Of a stretch of DNA of 64,000 nt, positions 61,489 through 64,000 are shown piece by piece (the stretch's first letter is position 1; each line of letters opens with the position of its first letter). Made by a program: the position numbers and the translations under genes. The DNA is from a virus. Where the stretch lies: IMG/VR virus record IMGVR_UViG_3300009008_000005, positions 96,001 to 160,000 of that record. One strand, written 5' to 3'. The notes beneath the pieces are model-generated. The model was not told the DNA's origin. It worked only from the letters and a program-made list of their open reading frames with translations, and ran no database searches.

Positions 61489-62013
61489 TTAGAAACCACC
61501 TTGCTCTGAGGGGAGAGGTGAGTACCCACCCCGTGCTTGTGCCTGCTGCCGTCGCATAGCAGCAATCTGTGCCTGCTGCTGTGGGGTGTACTGTTGCCCG
61601 ACCTGCTTACGGGATTTATTCAGCATGTAAGCCGCCGCTACACCTCCACCAACACCAACAGGGTGTTTGTGTGCGAAGCCAGCTAGGCCACCTACAGTCT
61701 GCTTGCGCATCGCAGGTACTTTCTTTCCGTCCAGGTTGATCATCCGGACGAGCTTCCTCTTCTCGGGGTCGGCTAGCATCTCGTTAGCCTTAGACCTGGA
61801 GAGGCCCTTCCAGGATTTGAGGTCGCCTGCACGTCCCTTGTAGCGTCGGTATGAACCTTTGAACGGTCCACGGATAGCCTTTCTACCTATGAGAAGATCC
61901 TTCACGATCCCACCGGACGGACGGAATACCGCATCGGTAAGGAACTTGCCCAAGGCTCTCCCAAAGGCTAGCTTCACCCTCTCGTCTGAGTAGGTAAGGC
62001 TACTTGACGCCAT
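61489..62013 (-). CDS. basic head-module protein
   Basis: GGAG SD; KLA motif; Gly-rich segment. Confidence 0.7.
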   Translation of the reverse strand: MASSSLTYSDERVKLAFGRALGKFLTDAVFRPSGGIVKDLLIGRKAIRGPFKGSYRRYKGRAGDLKSWKGLSRSKANEMLADPEKRKLVRMINLDGKKVPAMRKQTVGGLAGFAHKHPVGVGGGVAAAYMLNKSRKQVGQQYTPQQQAQIAAMRRQQAQARGGYSPLPSEQGGF

Positions 62014-62785
62014 CCAACAGCTCCTTTGCCTTTGCCTCAGCTTCGCCCCTCACCTTGATGTAGTTCGCAGCGGACTTGGCGCACTCTTTCGCCTTCTTGA
62101 CGAGAGGGTGGTTGTCGTTCGGGATTGAACTCTCGCCGAACCTGTGACGGACCTCGACACCTTGTACATGAGCGCATGCGGATTTCACGAGGTCCGTGTG
62201 CACACCAGAGTTGCGCAGGGCCTTTGCGATATCCTCGGGAGAACCTTCCTCGTCCTCCACAGCTTCTCCCACCATGCGCTGCAGTTCCGCCACCTTATTG
62301 ATGGCGTCACTCTGTGCATCTTCTACACCCGTACGGAGATTCTCCGCCATCTGCTTTAGTTCAGATGCGGACATCACCTGACCATCAGACTCCACCTCTT
62401 CCGTAACCCCGAAGAGAGCTGACGCAAGCTTCTCTGTATCGAAGTTCTCGGACCCGGCGATATACCGCTGGGACTCCAGCATAGGTACGGAGGCTGTCTT
62501 CGTGGTGTCACCGGGTTCAGCCATAGGGAATGTGACGTATCCTGGGTCACGCTGGAAGATCTGCTGGAATGCAGAATTATTAGCGTACTCAGACACCCTC
62601 TTTTGCTGCTCTGGGTTGAGATCGTGCTCCGAAGCCATCTTCTCGATGGTGTCGGTCATGCTCTTCCCATCAGAGACCAGGGCCTCCGCAGCTTCTTTGG
62701 CCAGGTTCTTGTAGAACCCGTCGTCCTTATGAGGAGTCAATACACCGCTGGAAGCGGTCAGGAAGTCAGATAGTGGATTACTCAT
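62000..62785 (-). CDS. hypothetical head-module protein
   Basis: GGAGGT SD at MSNPL; DLNPEQQKRVSEYAN. Confidence 0.75.
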   Translation of the reverse strand: MSNPLSDFLTASSGVLTPHKDDGFYKNLAKEAAEALVSDGKSMTDTIEKMASEHDLNPEQQKRVSEYANNSAFQQIFQRDPGYVTFPMAEPGDTTKTASVPMLESQRYIAGSENFDTEKLASALFGVTEEVESDGQVMSASELKQMAENLRTGVEDAQSDAINKVAELQRMVGEAVEDEEGSPEDIAKALRNSGVHTDLVKSACAHVQGVEVRHRFGESSIPNDNHPLVKKAKECAKSAANYIKVRGEAEAKAKELLDGVK

Positions 62786-62807
62786 GGAATCACCTCCGTA
62801 CACGACA

Positions 62808-62837
62808 ATCGTACGTTTTCATGAGCAAAGGTGTCAA
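62808..62837 (-). promoter_or_regulatory. sigma70-like promoter TTGACA-N18-TACGAT
   Basis: Perfect -35 at the terminase stop, upstream of 62785. Confidence 0.55.
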
Positions 62838-64000
62838 GACGGCACCCTTTGCTGGTTCTGTGCGAACTCTACACTTCCGTGTAGCAGGTCCGGTCTTGGC
62901 CACTTCACCATGCTACCTACGAGGCAGTACAGAGCGGAGTGGAAGGAATCATCGGTAGCATTCAGCTCTCGATTGTACATGAGCACTCTTCGGGTTTCGT
63001 GCCACTCACTGGTAATAGCCAGGATGTCATCGCCGAAGGGCTCTTGGAACTCGTCCCACCTAGGGAAGTTCACCTCGTTGTGCTTGATTGCAGAGAAGAG
63101 CATGCTCATAAGCTCCGACCTCTGCATCAAGAATCGGCCCAGTTTGTTCTCCCAGCGGATGAAGTCATTCACATCAGCGTACTGGTACTTCACGATCCGG
63201 TTAGCACCGAACTCCCGCTGTAGCTCGTCGTTCTGCTCGAAGCCACCACCATAGTCGCAGCCCACGACATCCAGGTTGAACCTACGAATGAGGTTCTTCA
63301 CACCAGACATCCTACGCCGAGGCTCAGCCTCACGACCGGTGAACCTCTTGAAGTAGACGTAGGTGAACTTCCCGTTGATGTACGTCGCCACGGACATGAC
63401 CGTGTAGCTGTTCTCGGCAGTTCCCCAGTCGATCCCACCAAAGGTTGGGTTGTGGACGCTATACGTGTCCAGCCATGCGGGGTTGAAGGGAATGTCTTTG
63501 TTGTACATGGACACGGTGGGGCTACACACGGCCTGCAGTTCCGCAGTAGTGATGGGCTTGGTCCCAATATCGTACGGTCTCGCTAGGACCTCGTTCACGA
63601 AGCGGTGCCTTGGGTACCGGGCCCTCTTGTCCAGCATGTCAGCCCAGACAACCATGGGAGTAATCATCTGCGGGATCCGGTAACCCTCGAATGGGATAGG
63701 AACCTTCGGCTTAGGATTCCTGGAGACCCACTGGGCATCCTTATGGTCGGGGTTGATCAGCTCCCCGCACTTCGCACAAGACAGACCCTTCTCCCCGATG
63801 TTGTGCTCATCAGGTATATTCCAGAATCTATAGCCAGCCTTCTTGCTCCCGCATGCATCGCAGGGAATCGCCCACTCGTTCTGGGTAGAAGACTTCGTCC
63901 AGACCTGAGCGATAGTGTTCGTGTGGGTCAGCGGTGTACCTGCGTACCTCATCACCTTATGCTTTGAGGTGAACAGGGTCTCCTCGATAACCGGGAGGAG
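62834..64000 (-). CDS. terL: terminase large subunit, GpA-like, 5'-partial
   Basis: Frame open to the window edge; YAGTP coupling motif, CDAC...CAKC Zn, nuclease GGIDWG and DDSFH. Confidence 0.85.
   Translation of the reverse strand, partial: LLPVIEETLFTSKHKVMRYAGTPLTHTNTIAQVWTKSSTQNEWAIPCDACGSKKAGYRFWNIPDEHNIGEKGLSCAKCGELINPDHKDAQWVSRNPKPKVPIPFEGYRIPQMITPMVVWADMLDKRARYPRHRFVNEVLARPYDIGTKPITTAELQAVCSPTVSMYNKDIPFNPAWLDTYSVHNPTFGGIDWGTAENSYTVMSVATYINGKFTYVYFKRFTGREAEPRRRMSGVKNLIRRFNLDVVGCDYGGGFEQNDELQREFGANRIVKYQYADVNDFIRWENKLGRFLMQRSELMSMLFSAIKHNEVNFPRWDEFQEPFGDDILAITSEWHETRRVLMYNRELNATDDSFHSALYCLVGSMVKWPRPDLLHGSVEFAQNQQRVPS

Noticed and set aside
62000-62785. Portal protein expected next to the terminase
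   Set aside because: No ORF of portal-like size or pattern was recognised here; the portal is probably outside the window.
1-64000. Stop-codon reassignment (TAG read-through, code 15) as in some jumbo phages
   Set aside because: Many clear genes end in TAG directly before an SD, a coupled start or a terminator (7454, 9164, 22098, 31986, 39350, MCP), and long genes are uninterrupted.

Overview
This window is a 64 kb internal segment of a large contractile-tailed (jumbo myovirus-like) bacteriophage genome. It uses the standard genetic code and GGAGG Shine-Dalgarno-led genes, and GC is roughly 55% by eye. 42.8-64 kb is a minus-strand virion module: partial GpA-type terminase, intein-containing putative prohead protease, repeat-bearing scaffold-like proteins, major capsid protein, neck proteins, a 1378-aa tail sheath and tail tube. 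1-31 kb is a patchwork of small accessory genes in promoter-gene-terminator cassettes. 31.7-42.8 kb is a plus-strand block holding a complete ubiquitin-like conjugation operon (Ubl with GG plus a 3-aa extension, E2-fold, JAB/MPN, ThiF/E1). It is followed by a ParB-like gene and an AAA+/RecA-like/DUF2997/radical-SAM/DUF1257 cluster. Several signals are not explained by the gene calls: a shared basic G[ST]?RLxRL motif near the C-terminus of about nine unrelated proteins, nine dispersed TATTTC-N3-GAAATA palindromes (parS/NBS-like), a non-sigma70 ATAAG promoter motif 28-43 nt before many accessory genes, a tRNA-like RNA with an extra arm, a probable -1 frameshift gene pair, and four tandem divergent paralogues. 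All functional calls come from motifs recognised by eye; no database search was run.
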